NCBI GenBank assembly: GCA_964543655.1
Contig: CAZIZE010000001.1
Span: 1 to 41,941, forward strand
DNA from: an uncultured bacterium
GTDB lineage: Bacteria > DYJV01
Reading direction: 5' to 3'
Length of the DNA stretch: 41,941 bases
Below, piece by piece: positions 1 to 9,302 of the stretch. Position 1 is the stretch's first letter. Each line of letters opens with the position of its first letter. Below the pieces are notes generated by a model. The model was not told the DNA's origin, did no database searches, and worked only from the letters and a program-made list of their open reading frames with translations. The position numbers and the translations under genes were made by a program.

Positions 1-1842
1 GAAAACATTAATAATGCAGAAGAAACTATTGACAATGCAGTTGACCAGATTAATTCTGGTGAAAATGTTAATTTAGACCAAATATCAGATGCAGTAAATA
101 CTTTAAATACATCTGTTGATAAACTAATAGAAAGTGAGACTTCTCAAGAAAAACTATCTGAAATGTTTGATAAAATATCTAACATAGTTTCCAATTTAAA
201 TAAAGTTGTTATTGCTGCTAAAGATACAGAGGAAGTTACTAAAGTTGTAAAAACAGTTGCTGAAGCAGCTAAAGCCAATTTAAAACTTGCATCAAAAAGT
301 GAAGCATCTGAGCAGCAGGTGAAAGATGTTATTCATAATTTGGGAAAAGCCCTCAGTTCTTCAATAGATCGGACAATAGAAGTAGCAAATACAGATAACT
401 TAGGTGAGTCTATTGCTAAAGTTTTAATTACTAATGGCAATGCAATGGAAAATAGTTTTGAGGCTGTTAAAACTTTAAAAACTACAGCTAATAATAAAAA
501 TTTAGTTACCGCAATTGTAACTCAGGCAGAAAATGAAGTGGCTTCAATTTCAACAAAAACTGTTACAATATTAGATAAAATTCCAGAAAATCAGCGTACT
601 ACTGATATTTCACAACAAGTTACAACTGGTGTTTCAAACATGATTTCTCCAATTTTAAATGTATCTGAAAAAGGTATCAGTACAACATTAGGAGCTGATA
701 TTCAAAAAGTTGCAGATAAAACTCTTTCATTAATAAAAGATAAGCTTGCTTCAAAATGGGCAAAACTTAATGGTTTTTCAGAAACTCCAAGTTTAAATGA
801 TTTAATTAAAGAAAATCCTTTAATTTTAAAAGAAGTTATAGATGTAGCTTCAATAAATTTAACAAAAGGTCTTGTTGTAGAAAAAGAAAAACTTTTAGAT
901 AATTTAACAACACAAATTGATTTTTTAAATCTTACAAAAGAAGAAAAAAATGAACTGCTTAATTCTTTACCTGAGGTAATTAATTCAAACAAAGTTGTTT
1001 TAGAAAATAGTGATAATAATACACTAAATACAATTCAAATGCTTCACTCTATACTCTCTCTATCAGGGCTAACTCCTGAAAGTTACAAAATCGCAGCTAC
1101 TGGTGAAATTAATTTAAAGATAAACAATATTAACCTTTCTCTATTTGTACCAGAGGAGAAAATATCACCATCATTAGTTCCAGATGGTATTCATATTTTA
1201 AATGATGGAAATATTGTTATAGTAAAAAATGGTATAAGTAATATTTTAGCACCAGCACCTGTGGATATGGCAACTTTTTCAGCTAATTTAATAAAAATTT
1301 TGCCACCAGTGAATCAATTTTCAGAAAATGATAATTTTAGCAGATTAAAAATTAATAGTAATGGGACATCGTTAATTTACAGAAGTGATGGGAAAATTGT
1401 ATCATTTGGATTTGGTTATCAATATAATAAAGAGAGTAATTTTTCAATTGGTACTGTAACATTTGAGAGCCAGGGAACAGATCCAGCTTCAACATCGTTT
1501 GCTTATCTTGTAAAATATACAGATAATAGCGTTCAAACTTTACCTCCTCTGACAGCATCATTTGATATACTAATAAAAGAATTAGATAATGCATTTGGAA
1601 GCAATTACAATATAAATAGAGATACAGGTGTAATAACAATAAACAACTCTTTTAAATTTAAAGCTGATTATTTAGTTACTCCATATTCGCAACTTGAGAG
1701 TGATAAATACCAGTGGTATAAAGCAAACAAGGATGAATTTGGTGCAGCATGGGAGAGTGGAGATTTTAACAAAGATAGTATATTAGATGTAAAAATGTAC
1801 ACTGAATATGGTGCACAAATTATTTATGGGTTAAAAGAATAG
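1..1842 (+). CDS. Large putative surface/secreted protein, 5'-truncated by the window edge; helical Ala/Thr/Ser/Lys-rich region followed by a repeated beta-rich C-terminal domain
   Basis: The frame of the 163..1842 ORF is open back to base 1 (gaa aac att aat ... gaa atg), so the real start lies upstream. The C-terminus carries a GDFNKDSILDV motif (DxNxD-type Ca-binding-like). Function is inferred. Confidence 0.6.
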   Translation, partial: ENINNAEETIDNAVDQINSGENVNLDQISDAVNTLNTSVDKLIESETSQEKLSEMFDKISNIVSNLNKVVIAAKDTEEVTKVVKTVAEAAKANLKLASKSEASEQQVKDVIHNLGKALSSSIDRTIEVANTDNLGESIAKVLITNGNAMENSFEAVKTLKTTANNKNLVTAIVTQAENEVASISTKTVTILDKIPENQRTTDISQQVTTGVSNMISPILNVSEKGISTTLGADIQKVADKTLSLIKDKLASKWAKLNGFSETPSLNDLIKENPLILKEVIDVASINLTKGLVVEKEKLLDNLTTQIDFLNLTKEEKNELLNSLPEVINSNKVVLENSDNNTLNTIQMLHSILSLSGLTPESYKIAATGEINLKINNINLSLFVPEEKISPSLVPDGIHILNDGNIVIVKNGISNILAPAPVDMATFSANLIKILPPVNQFSENDNFSRLKINSNGTSLIYRSDGKIVSFGFGYQYNKESNFSIGTVTFESQGTDPASTSFAYLVKYTDNSVQTLPPLTASFDILIKELDNAFGSNYNINRDTGVITINNSFKFKADYLVTPYSQLESDKYQWYKANKDEFGAAWESGDFNKDSILDVKMYTEYGAQIIYGLKE

Positions 1843-1843
1843 T

Positions 1844-3868
1844 ATGTTGCAATGGGCAAAAGACAACTTTAAAAAAATATTTTTTTTTACAATAGGTTTA
1901 TTGCTGCCTATAATGCTTCTGTTCTTTGCCCCTGATTTTAAATTTGGAGAGACTTTAAACTATTCTTGGATAGACTTACTCTACACAATAAGAGGTAATA
2001 TACAACCTAACAAAAATGTTATTGTTGTGGCAATTGATGAACCATCATTTCAAGAAATTAACAAGCAGTGGCCATGGCCAAGGAGCTTTCATGGAAAATT
2101 AATTTCTGAATTGAAAAAAGCAGGTGCAAAAGTAGTTGCTTTTGATATAATGTTTGTTGAACCTTCCAAATATAAAGGTGATGATTTAAAATTTGAAAAA
2201 GCAATTAAAAAAGCTGGTAATGTTGTTCTTGGAGCAAGTATCAGTCAGGTTAAAAGGAAAGGCTATTCCCAGACAATTTTTGTTCAACCTTTACAGGAGC
2301 TCGCAAATGCAGCAAGCTCTGTTGCTCTGGTAAACTTTTTTCCTGATCCTGATGGAATTATTCGTCATGGTAGATTGATAATTAATAATATGCCCACTTT
2401 ATCTTTTGCAGCAGCACTACTCTCATTTTCACCTAAAAAGCAGAATGAATGGTTAAACAGAGACCTCTACTCTCTACAACCTTTTTTAATCAATTTTGCA
2501 GGAGCCTCTGGAAGTATAACCACTGTTTCATATTATCAAGTTTTAAATAGAAAAAAATATTTACCTGATAATTTTTTTAAAAATAAAATTGTACTTGTTG
2601 GTTTAGCCTCAGATGCTGCTGTTGAAGTAACAAGAAGTGCTGTGGATTCTTTCCCAACACCTTTTTTTAGATTTAGCAGAAAAAATATGTTTGGTGTTGA
2701 AATTCATGCTAACACTGTTGCAACAATATTGGAAGGACTCCCTTTAAAAGAAGTAGATTCTCCATTACTCTTTTTTATTTTTGCAATTATTGTATCTATT
2801 CCAATATTTTTTAGAAAATATCCTATAAGATTGGCTGTTACTGTTATTTCTTTAATAATATTCATTAGTGGTATCTCAATATGGTTATTTTTAACCCAGG
2901 GAATTGTTCTTCATATGGGAGTACCTTTATTTACTCTTGCAATTAGTGGTGTGGGCTGGGGATTAACAGGTTATTTTTCAACTTATAAAGAGAAAAAGAA
3001 AATTAGAGGTGCTTTTGACAGGTATGTGCCACCAGCTGTTGTAGAGCAAGTATTGAAAAATCCTCACTTATTAAACCTTGGCGGCGAGAAAAAATTTCTA
3101 ACTGTTCTTTTCTCTGATATTAGAGGTTTTACATCTTTATCAGAAAAAATTTCACCAGAAACATTAATTTATCTATTAAATGATTATCTTGGGAAAATGA
3201 CTGATAAAGTTTTTTCAAATAATGGTACTCTGGACAAATATATTGGTGATGCAATTATGGCTGTTTATGGTGCTCCAATTACAAGGAATGATCATGCTGA
3301 TGCAGCCTGTATTACAGCTCTTGAAATGATAGAAGCTCTTGATGAAGTTGCTCCACTATGGATTAAAGAAGGTTTGAATAAACCTCAAATTGGTATTGGT
3401 ATTAATAGTGGTGATATGGTAGTTGGTAACATTGGCTCATACAAACATTTTGACTATACTGTTATTGGTGATGAAGTTAACCTGGCATCTCGTCTTGAAG
3501 GATTAACAAAAGAGTATGGAGTGCCAATAATTGTTGGTGAAAATACTAAAAATGCTGTTACAGAAGAGTTTACATTTAGAGAGCTTGACCTGGTTAAAGT
3601 AAAAGGGAAACTGAAACCTGTAAAAATTTTCCACTTAGTAAAAAGAGGTAAAGTTGATGCAAAATTAAATGAACTATTCCATAAATCTCTTGAAGGATTA
3701 AATCTTTACAGAAAAGGAAATTGGAGTGATGCATTAAAAATCTTTGAAGAAATTTTAAAACTTTACCCAGATGACAGGCCTTCACAGCTATTCTTTAACA
3801 GATGCAAAATTTTAATGGAAAATGAGCCAGAAACTTGGGATGGAATCTGGAAAATGACAACAAAATAA
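1844..3868 (+). CDS. CHASE2-domain membrane adenylate cyclase (class III) with C-terminal TPR-like tail
   Basis: N-terminal TM; CHASE2 motifs (VVAIDEPS, WPWPRS, AFDIMF, GVEIHAN); three TM helices; cyclase motifs LFSDIRGFT, DKYIGDAIMA, YTVIGDEVNLASRLEG. Both metal Asp, the ATP-specifying Lys/Thr and the NxxxR pair are present. Confidence 0.93.
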   Translation: MLQWAKDNFKKIFFFTIGLLLPIMLLFFAPDFKFGETLNYSWIDLLYTIRGNIQPNKNVIVVAIDEPSFQEINKQWPWPRSFHGKLISELKKAGAKVVAFDIMFVEPSKYKGDDLKFEKAIKKAGNVVLGASISQVKRKGYSQTIFVQPLQELANAASSVALVNFFPDPDGIIRHGRLIINNMPTLSFAAALLSFSPKKQNEWLNRDLYSLQPFLINFAGASGSITTVSYYQVLNRKKYLPDNFFKNKIVLVGLASDAAVEVTRSAVDSFPTPFFRFSRKNMFGVEIHANTVATILEGLPLKEVDSPLLFFIFAIIVSIPIFFRKYPIRLAVTVISLIIFISGISIWLFLTQGIVLHMGVPLFTLAISGVGWGLTGYFSTYKEKKKIRGAFDRYVPPAVVEQVLKNPHLLNLGGEKKFLTVLFSDIRGFTSLSEKISPETLIYLLNDYLGKMTDKVFSNNGTLDKYIGDAIMAVYGAPITRNDHADAACITALEMIEALDEVAPLWIKEGLNKPQIGIGINSGDMVVGNIGSYKHFDYTVIGDEVNLASRLEGLTKEYGVPIIVGENTKNAVTEEFTFRELDLVKVKGKLKPVKIFHLVKRGKVDAKLNELFHKSLEGLNLYRKGNWSDALKIFEEILKLYPDDRPSQLFFNRCKILMENEPETWDGIWKMTTK

Positions 3869-3884
3869 TTTTAAGGAGTTAATA

Positions 3885-6800
3885 ATGAAACAAAACTTAA
3901 AAATTTTTCTCTTTTTAACTTTTATCCTTTTTTCATTTTCAATTAAAGCTTTCTCTTCTGAAAATGCTGGCAAAATAATTTTCTTTTCAGGAAAAGTTCT
4001 TTATTCCACAGATAATGGAGAAACATGGAAAAATGTCTTTTTAAAACAAATGCTTAAAGAAGGCACTTGCATAAGGACTGATGCAAAATCTGAAGCTGCC
4101 CTTCTTTTAAATGATCATTCTCAAATAAGAATTAAATCAAATTCTATTTTTTGTTTAAAAAGGTCTGGAAGTGCTCCAGGAGTTTTACCTATAAGAACTG
4201 GGCTCAATAAACTTTTAAAAGGTAAAATCTGGTTTAGAAACAAAAGAAAAGGGTCTAAGCCTATTTTTGAAACACCAGTTGTTACAGCGAGTATTAGAGG
4301 TACAGAGATGGTTATAGCTTTTAATAAAAATAGTGAAAAAAGTGATGTTACTGTACTTGAGGGGAAGGTAAAATGCTTCAATAATAAAGGCAGCGTAGTT
4401 ATAAATAGAGGTGAAGTTGCTGAAACGGTGCAGGGTAAAGCTCCTAAAATCACACTACTTGCAAAACCAGAGCTTTCTGCACAATGGCTAATTATCACTC
4501 CTAATATTGTGGGGCCAAAAGAGAGAAATTTAAAAACTAACTATTTAACGTTAGCTAAGGATTCTGTTAAAGAATTGGCATTTGGTAATTTAAAAAAGGC
4601 TAAAAATCTGATTAATAAAGCATACAAATTAAATCCTAATAGTGCTTCTGTTAACGTTGCAATGGCAACAGTGCTACAATCAGAAGGAAAATTTCAGAAA
4701 GCATTAATTTATGCAAATAAAGCATACAGCATTGATTCATTATCAATCCCTGCTCTATTGAGAAAAGCTGAATTATTACTTGGATTAAATAAAATTTCAG
4801 ATGCATTTAAACTTATTAATTCATTTAAAGGTAAAGATGATGCCAGAATACACATTGTAAAGGGTTATCTCTTTTTAATAAAAAAAGAGTTAAAAGAAGC
4901 TATGTCTGAATTTAATACAGCAATTTCAATGAATCCATCTGTTGGCACTTCCCATTTAGGACTCGGGATAGCTTTTTTTAGTTTGGGACAATTTAAAAAA
5001 GGTATTGCTGAAATGGAAAAAGCATCTTTACTTGATCCATTTGCTGCATATCCCCATAATTATCTTGGTAAAGCTCTTTATGAAATTGGAGAAAGGCATG
5101 AAGCAGAGATTGAATTAAAAAGAGCTATGCAGCTTGACCCAAATGATCCAACTCCTCATTTATATTTATCAATAATTCTTGCTGATGAATATAGAGATGG
5201 AGAAGGTATTGAAGAAATTCAAAAAGCAATTAAATTAAATGACAATCTTCTTGCTACAAGGTCAAGGTTTTTACTTGATGAGGATAGAGCTATTAAAAAT
5301 GTTAGTCTTGCCTACTCTCTATCTGAAATGGGTTTAAATGAATGGGCAAAAGCCACTGGTGATCTTGCAGTTTGGAATGACCCAAGTAACAGTGGTGCTT
5401 ACCTATTTAGAGCTACAGAAGCTGTTGCAGGCAAAGAAATAGATCCAGCAACTCTTGGTGATGTTAAAAGAGCACAACTTTTACAACCAGTTAACTCCAA
5501 TACCTATATAACTTACACAAGTTATCAAAGTTTGTTGGAAATACCCCAGATAAAAGGAAGTTTGTGGGGTATGGTTGGTAATGATGAAACAGTAAACACA
5601 GGTGGATTTATTGAAGGTGGTTCAAAAAAAGTTGCTTTTTACACTGATGCAATTTATCACTATACAGATGGCCCAAGAGGCAATTCTGATGAGCAGGTTA
5701 AGCAAGGATTTATTAAATTAAAAGGTGATTTATCTGAAAATCATCAGCTCTTTTTTTCATCAACACTTGGTCATAGAGATGAAGGTGATTTAAATGCCTG
5801 GGTTTTTCATAAAATTCCCACTGAAGATATTGACAAAAATATGGACTACTGGTCAGTTGATTTAGGATATCATTGGAGACAGGGAGCTGGAAAAAACTTA
5901 TTAGTTAATATTCAGGCAATAGGTACAGATAGCAATTCAGAATTAGAAAATCCATTGCATTATTCTTATCTTAAAGAAATTAATAGCAAATATCATTCAA
6001 ATACATGGAGATTTGAATTTTTAGAACTTTACAGAGTATCTGAACATAGAATTTCTTTTGGTGGCTCATTAGAAAATAACCTCGAACATCCAAGAACAAC
6101 CTATTACTACCCTATTTTCTGGAACATTACTCCAGATAAATTCTCTATTAGATCAACAAAAAAAGAAAGAAGAATATATTTTAGAGATATTTGGAAACAT
6201 TCAAAAGCTATTATCACAGGTGGATTATCATACTGTTTTCTTGATAATATCTGGACATCAAGTAAAGGTTATAAAGAAAAAGAGAAGATATTACCTGAAA
6301 TAGGATTTGTATATAATTTAACCAAAAAGGATATAATCAGAACAGCCTATTTTCAAGAAATTCAACCTCATTATTTGAGCGGTAGCCTTCAGCCAGTAGA
6401 AATTGCAGGATTTAAAAAAGTAGTTGGAGTTTATCCAGGTACATGGACGAGATTTTATGGAATTGGTTGGGATAGAAATTGGTCCGAAAAAATCTTTACA
6501 AGAATTGAGCTATCAAGAGTAACAAGGCGGTATCCATACGTATTCACCCCTTATCCTTTTGACAAAACAGGTCTTGCATCGTGGAGAAATGAGAAATTCA
6601 ATAATGCCAGATTTGTTTTAAACACTTTATTATCAAAAAATTTTGCACTTGCATTAAGTTTAAATTACAAAAATTTTAAAGTTAAAAATCCTTCGAGAAA
6701 AAGAGATGATTACTCCGCCAATATAATGTTAGCCTACACAAATCCTGATGGAATTAAAGCACAATTTGTTTTATGGTTTGTTTCTCAAAATGAGAAAGAT

Positions 6801-7010
6801 AATGATTTTGGTGAAAAATTTGGAGATGATTTTATTATTCCAACTTTTTACATTGAAAAAAGCCTATTTAACAAGAAAGGGTTAATATCTTTAACTCTTG
6901 AAAATATTACAAATGAAAAATACAATTATCTGATTTCTGAAACTACTCAATCAACACAACTACCCTGGGAAGGTTTTCTTGGAACTTTAAAATTTCAATG
7001 GAATTTTTAA
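3885..7010 (+). CDS. Outer-membrane protein: signal peptide + FecR domain + TPR repeats + TonB-receptor-like beta-barrel (NsrA-like)
   Basis: Signal peptide (IKA-FS); FecR motifs (IRTDAKS, FETPVVTASIRGTE, VTVLEGKV); TPRs (HLGLG, HNYLGKALY, LDPNDP); alternating beta-strand pattern in the last ~480 aa; C-terminal beta-signal LKFQWNF; SD aaggag. Confidence 0.85.
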   Translation: MKQNLKIFLFLTFILFSFSIKAFSSENAGKIIFFSGKVLYSTDNGETWKNVFLKQMLKEGTCIRTDAKSEAALLLNDHSQIRIKSNSIFCLKRSGSAPGVLPIRTGLNKLLKGKIWFRNKRKGSKPIFETPVVTASIRGTEMVIAFNKNSEKSDVTVLEGKVKCFNNKGSVVINRGEVAETVQGKAPKITLLAKPELSAQWLIITPNIVGPKERNLKTNYLTLAKDSVKELAFGNLKKAKNLINKAYKLNPNSASVNVAMATVLQSEGKFQKALIYANKAYSIDSLSIPALLRKAELLLGLNKISDAFKLINSFKGKDDARIHIVKGYLFLIKKELKEAMSEFNTAISMNPSVGTSHLGLGIAFFSLGQFKKGIAEMEKASLLDPFAAYPHNYLGKALYEIGERHEAEIELKRAMQLDPNDPTPHLYLSIILADEYRDGEGIEEIQKAIKLNDNLLATRSRFLLDEDRAIKNVSLAYSLSEMGLNEWAKATGDLAVWNDPSNSGAYLFRATEAVAGKEIDPATLGDVKRAQLLQPVNSNTYITYTSYQSLLEIPQIKGSLWGMVGNDETVNTGGFIEGGSKKVAFYTDAIYHYTDGPRGNSDEQVKQGFIKLKGDLSENHQLFFSSTLGHRDEGDLNAWVFHKIPTEDIDKNMDYWSVDLGYHWRQGAGKNLLVNIQAIGTDSNSELENPLHYSYLKEINSKYHSNTWRFEFLELYRVSEHRISFGGSLENNLEHPRTTYYYPIFWNITPDKFSIRSTKKERRIYFRDIWKHSKAIITGGLSYCFLDNIWTSSKGYKEKEKILPEIGFVYNLTKKDIIRTAYFQEIQPHYLSGSLQPVEIAGFKKVVGVYPGTWTRFYGIGWDRNWSEKIFTRIELSRVTRRYPYVFTPYPFDKTGLASWRNEKFNNARFVLNTLLSKNFALALSLNYKNFKVKNPSRKRDDYSANIMLAYTNPDGIKAQFVLWFVSQNEKDNDFGEKFGDDFIIPTFYIEKSLFNKKGLISLTLENITNEKYNYLISETTQSTQLPWEGFLGTLKFQWNF

Positions 7011-7015
7011 TAGAG

Positions 7016-7039
7016 AAGCTCCCTTCTGGGAGCTTTTTT
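7016..7039 (+). terminator. Intrinsic terminator after the three-gene cluster, between convergent genes
   Basis: aagctccc-ttct-gggagctt 8-bp stem followed by a T run. Confidence 0.85.
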
Positions 7040-7040
7040 A

Positions 7041-8582
7041 TTATTTGGCCTTATCAATAACAGGTCTTCTCTGATTTTTTACATTTTTAAAAGCTTTTAA
7101 AATAACTTCTCCTTCAATTGCTGGCACTGTTACAAATGAAAAATTGTCAAAAACAACCACATCTTCAAAATATTCTTTTGGAGTTCCTGTTTTTGATGAA
7201 ATATACTCAATTAACTTAATTTTATCCATTCTTGCCAATCTACCTTTAGCTATAAATAGCCTCATTTTTTCATCTTTATCTTTTTTAAACTTAGACAAAC
7301 TCTTATAGCTGTTTCTAAAATGTTTTTTATAAGCATTTTTCAAAATAGAAGCTACTAATTCTTTGGAGTCATTTTCTTTTAAAAGTTCTTCTGCCCATTT
7401 AACATAAAATTTGTCACAAGATTCTTGCAATATATTTTCTGTTATCTTTCTCTTTTTAATTTTAAACAACTCATTTGATGATGGTAATTGACCTTTTAAA
7501 ATTTTAGATTTAGTTATTCTTTTAATAAATTCTAATTTACCCCTCTCTTCTCTTGTAACAAAAGTAATAGAAATACCTTCTTTCCCTGCTCTTCCAGTCC
7601 TACCTATTCTATGAACATATATTTCTGGATTTTGAGGGACAGAATAGTTAATCACATGCGTTAAATCAAGAATATCAATACCTCGTGCTGCAACATCTGT
7701 TGCAACTAAAATATTAATCCTCTTATTCTTAAATCTATTTAAAGTATCCTCTCTCATTTTCTGCGTTAAATCTCCATGAAGACCTGATGCCTTGTAACCA
7801 TTTTCAACAAGTTGCTTGGATAATCTATCAACTTCTACTTTGGTCTGGCAAAAAATAAGAGCATACATTTTATCATTTGAATCAATAATCCGCGTAAGTG
7901 CTTCAAACTTATCTTTCTGTGCAACTTCATAATAGTACTGTTTTGTTAGGTCAGTATAAATTTCTGTACTGGTTTTTAAAAATTCATACTGATTCATATA
8001 TTTTTCAGCAAGTTTCTGAATAGGTCGAGGCATGGTAGCAGAAAAAAGCATTACTCTCTTATTAGTAGGAGTATAGCTAAAAATTTTCTCTATATCATCA
8101 ATAAACCCCATGTTTAACATTTCATCTGCTTCATCAAGTATAAAATATTTTAAATTAGAAAGATTCAATGTTTTTCTTTTCAAATGATCAAGTATTCTTC
8201 CAGGTGTGCCAACAACAATAGAAATATTTCTCTTTAATTTTTTTAGTTGAATATCTATTGATTGACCACCATAAATTGGTATTATTGAAATTCTTCTTCT
8301 ACCTTTTAATGAATTTATCTCTTCACAAACTTGCAATACCAACTCCCTTGTAGGAGCGAGAATAAGAGCTTCTATACCGTTACCCTCTATTTTTTCAAGT
8401 AAAGGTAAACCAAAAGCTGCTGTTTTACCTGTGCCTGTTTGTGCTTGTGCAATAATATCACAATTCTTTTCAAGTAATACTGGAATTGTTAATTGCTGAA
8501 TCTCTGTTGGTTGTTTAAATCCTTTCTCTCTTAATGTTTTTAAATTACTCTCTGAAATTCCTAATTCTCTAAATTTCTCCAT
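7041..8582 (-). CDS. deaD: DEAD-box RNA helicase (DeaD/CshA type) with DbpA-like C-terminal RNA-binding domain
   Basis: Q motif PTEIQ, AQTGTGKT, PTREL, TPGR, DEAD, SAT, ARGID, HRIGRTGRAG. Confidence 0.9.
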   Translation of the reverse strand: MEKFRELGISESNLKTLREKGFKQPTEIQQLTIPVLLEKNCDIIAQAQTGTGKTAAFGLPLLEKIEGNGIEALILAPTRELVLQVCEEINSLKGRRRISIIPIYGGQSIDIQLKKLKRNISIVVGTPGRILDHLKRKTLNLSNLKYFILDEADEMLNMGFIDDIEKIFSYTPTNKRVMLFSATMPRPIQKLAEKYMNQYEFLKTSTEIYTDLTKQYYYEVAQKDKFEALTRIIDSNDKMYALIFCQTKVEVDRLSKQLVENGYKASGLHGDLTQKMREDTLNRFKNKRINILVATDVAARGIDILDLTHVINYSVPQNPEIYVHRIGRTGRAGKEGISITFVTREERGKLEFIKRITKSKILKGQLPSSNELFKIKKRKITENILQESCDKFYVKWAEELLKENDSKELVASILKNAYKKHFRNSYKSLSKFKKDKDEKMRLFIAKGRLARMDKIKLIEYISSKTGTPKEYFEDVVVFDNFSFVTVPAIEGEVILKAFKNVKNQRRPVIDKAK

Positions 8583-8809
8583 TGTTTCTCCATTCTTTTT
8601 TAAATTCGGTAAGATTTATTGAAAAGTTTTTTGATAGGGTGTCAATAAATCTCGAGAACAGCTTATTGCATGTTAAAAGGTTTAAGTCAAGAAAAATATT
8701 CTTTTTTTCATTATATAAGTAGATAATTTTACATAAATTATAAACAGTTGATTTTTAATATTAATTATGTTATTAAATATTTACATTTTTTTTATTTAAG
8801 GGGAGGTAA

Positions 8810-9301
8810 ATGTCAAAATACCAGATTGGTGACAAAGCAGTTTATCCAGGACATGGTGTAGGTGAGATTGAAGCTATTGAAAAGAAAGAAATAAATGGTG
8901 AAACTCTTTCCTTTTACATAATGAGAATAATAGATTCTGGTCTCAAAATTATGGTTCCCACCTCAAACCTGAAAATTACAGGTATGAGGGATCTTATAGC
9001 AGAAGAAGAGATTGGTAAAGTTTTTTCAATATTAAAAGAACAAAATATTAAAATTGAGAATATTACCTGGAACAAAAGATTTAAAGATTATAATGAAAGA
9101 TTAAAAAGTGGCTCTATATTTGAAGTAGCTTCTGTACTCAGGGATTTAGTGGTTCTTGGAAAAACTAAAGAGCTCTCATTTGGTGAAAAGAGAATGTTTG
9201 AAATGGCAATTAATCTTATTTCACAAGAAATATCTTTTGTTACAGGTAAGGCTCAGGAAGATATTATAGAAAAAATTAATAAAATAATAAAAGAAGGTTA
9301 A
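8810..9301 (+). CDS. carD: CarD/CdnL family RNA polymerase-binding transcription factor
   Basis: [12 protein letters not shown], conserved Trp (TWNKR), LSFGEK; strong SD ggggaggt. Confidence 0.93.
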   Translation: MSKYQIGDKAVYPGHGVGEIEAIEKKEINGETLSFYIMRIIDSGLKIMVPTSNLKITGMRDLIAEEEIGKVFSILKEQNIKIENITWNKRFKDYNERLKSGSIFEVASVLRDLVVLGKTKELSFGEKRMFEMAINLISQEISFVTGKAQEDIIEKINKIIKEG

Positions 9302-9302
9302 A

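Noticed and set aside
1871-1888. A7 and T9 homopolymers near the 5' end of the cyclase as a phase-variation switch
   Set aside because: The frame is intact and A/T runs of this length are common throughout this AT-rich window.
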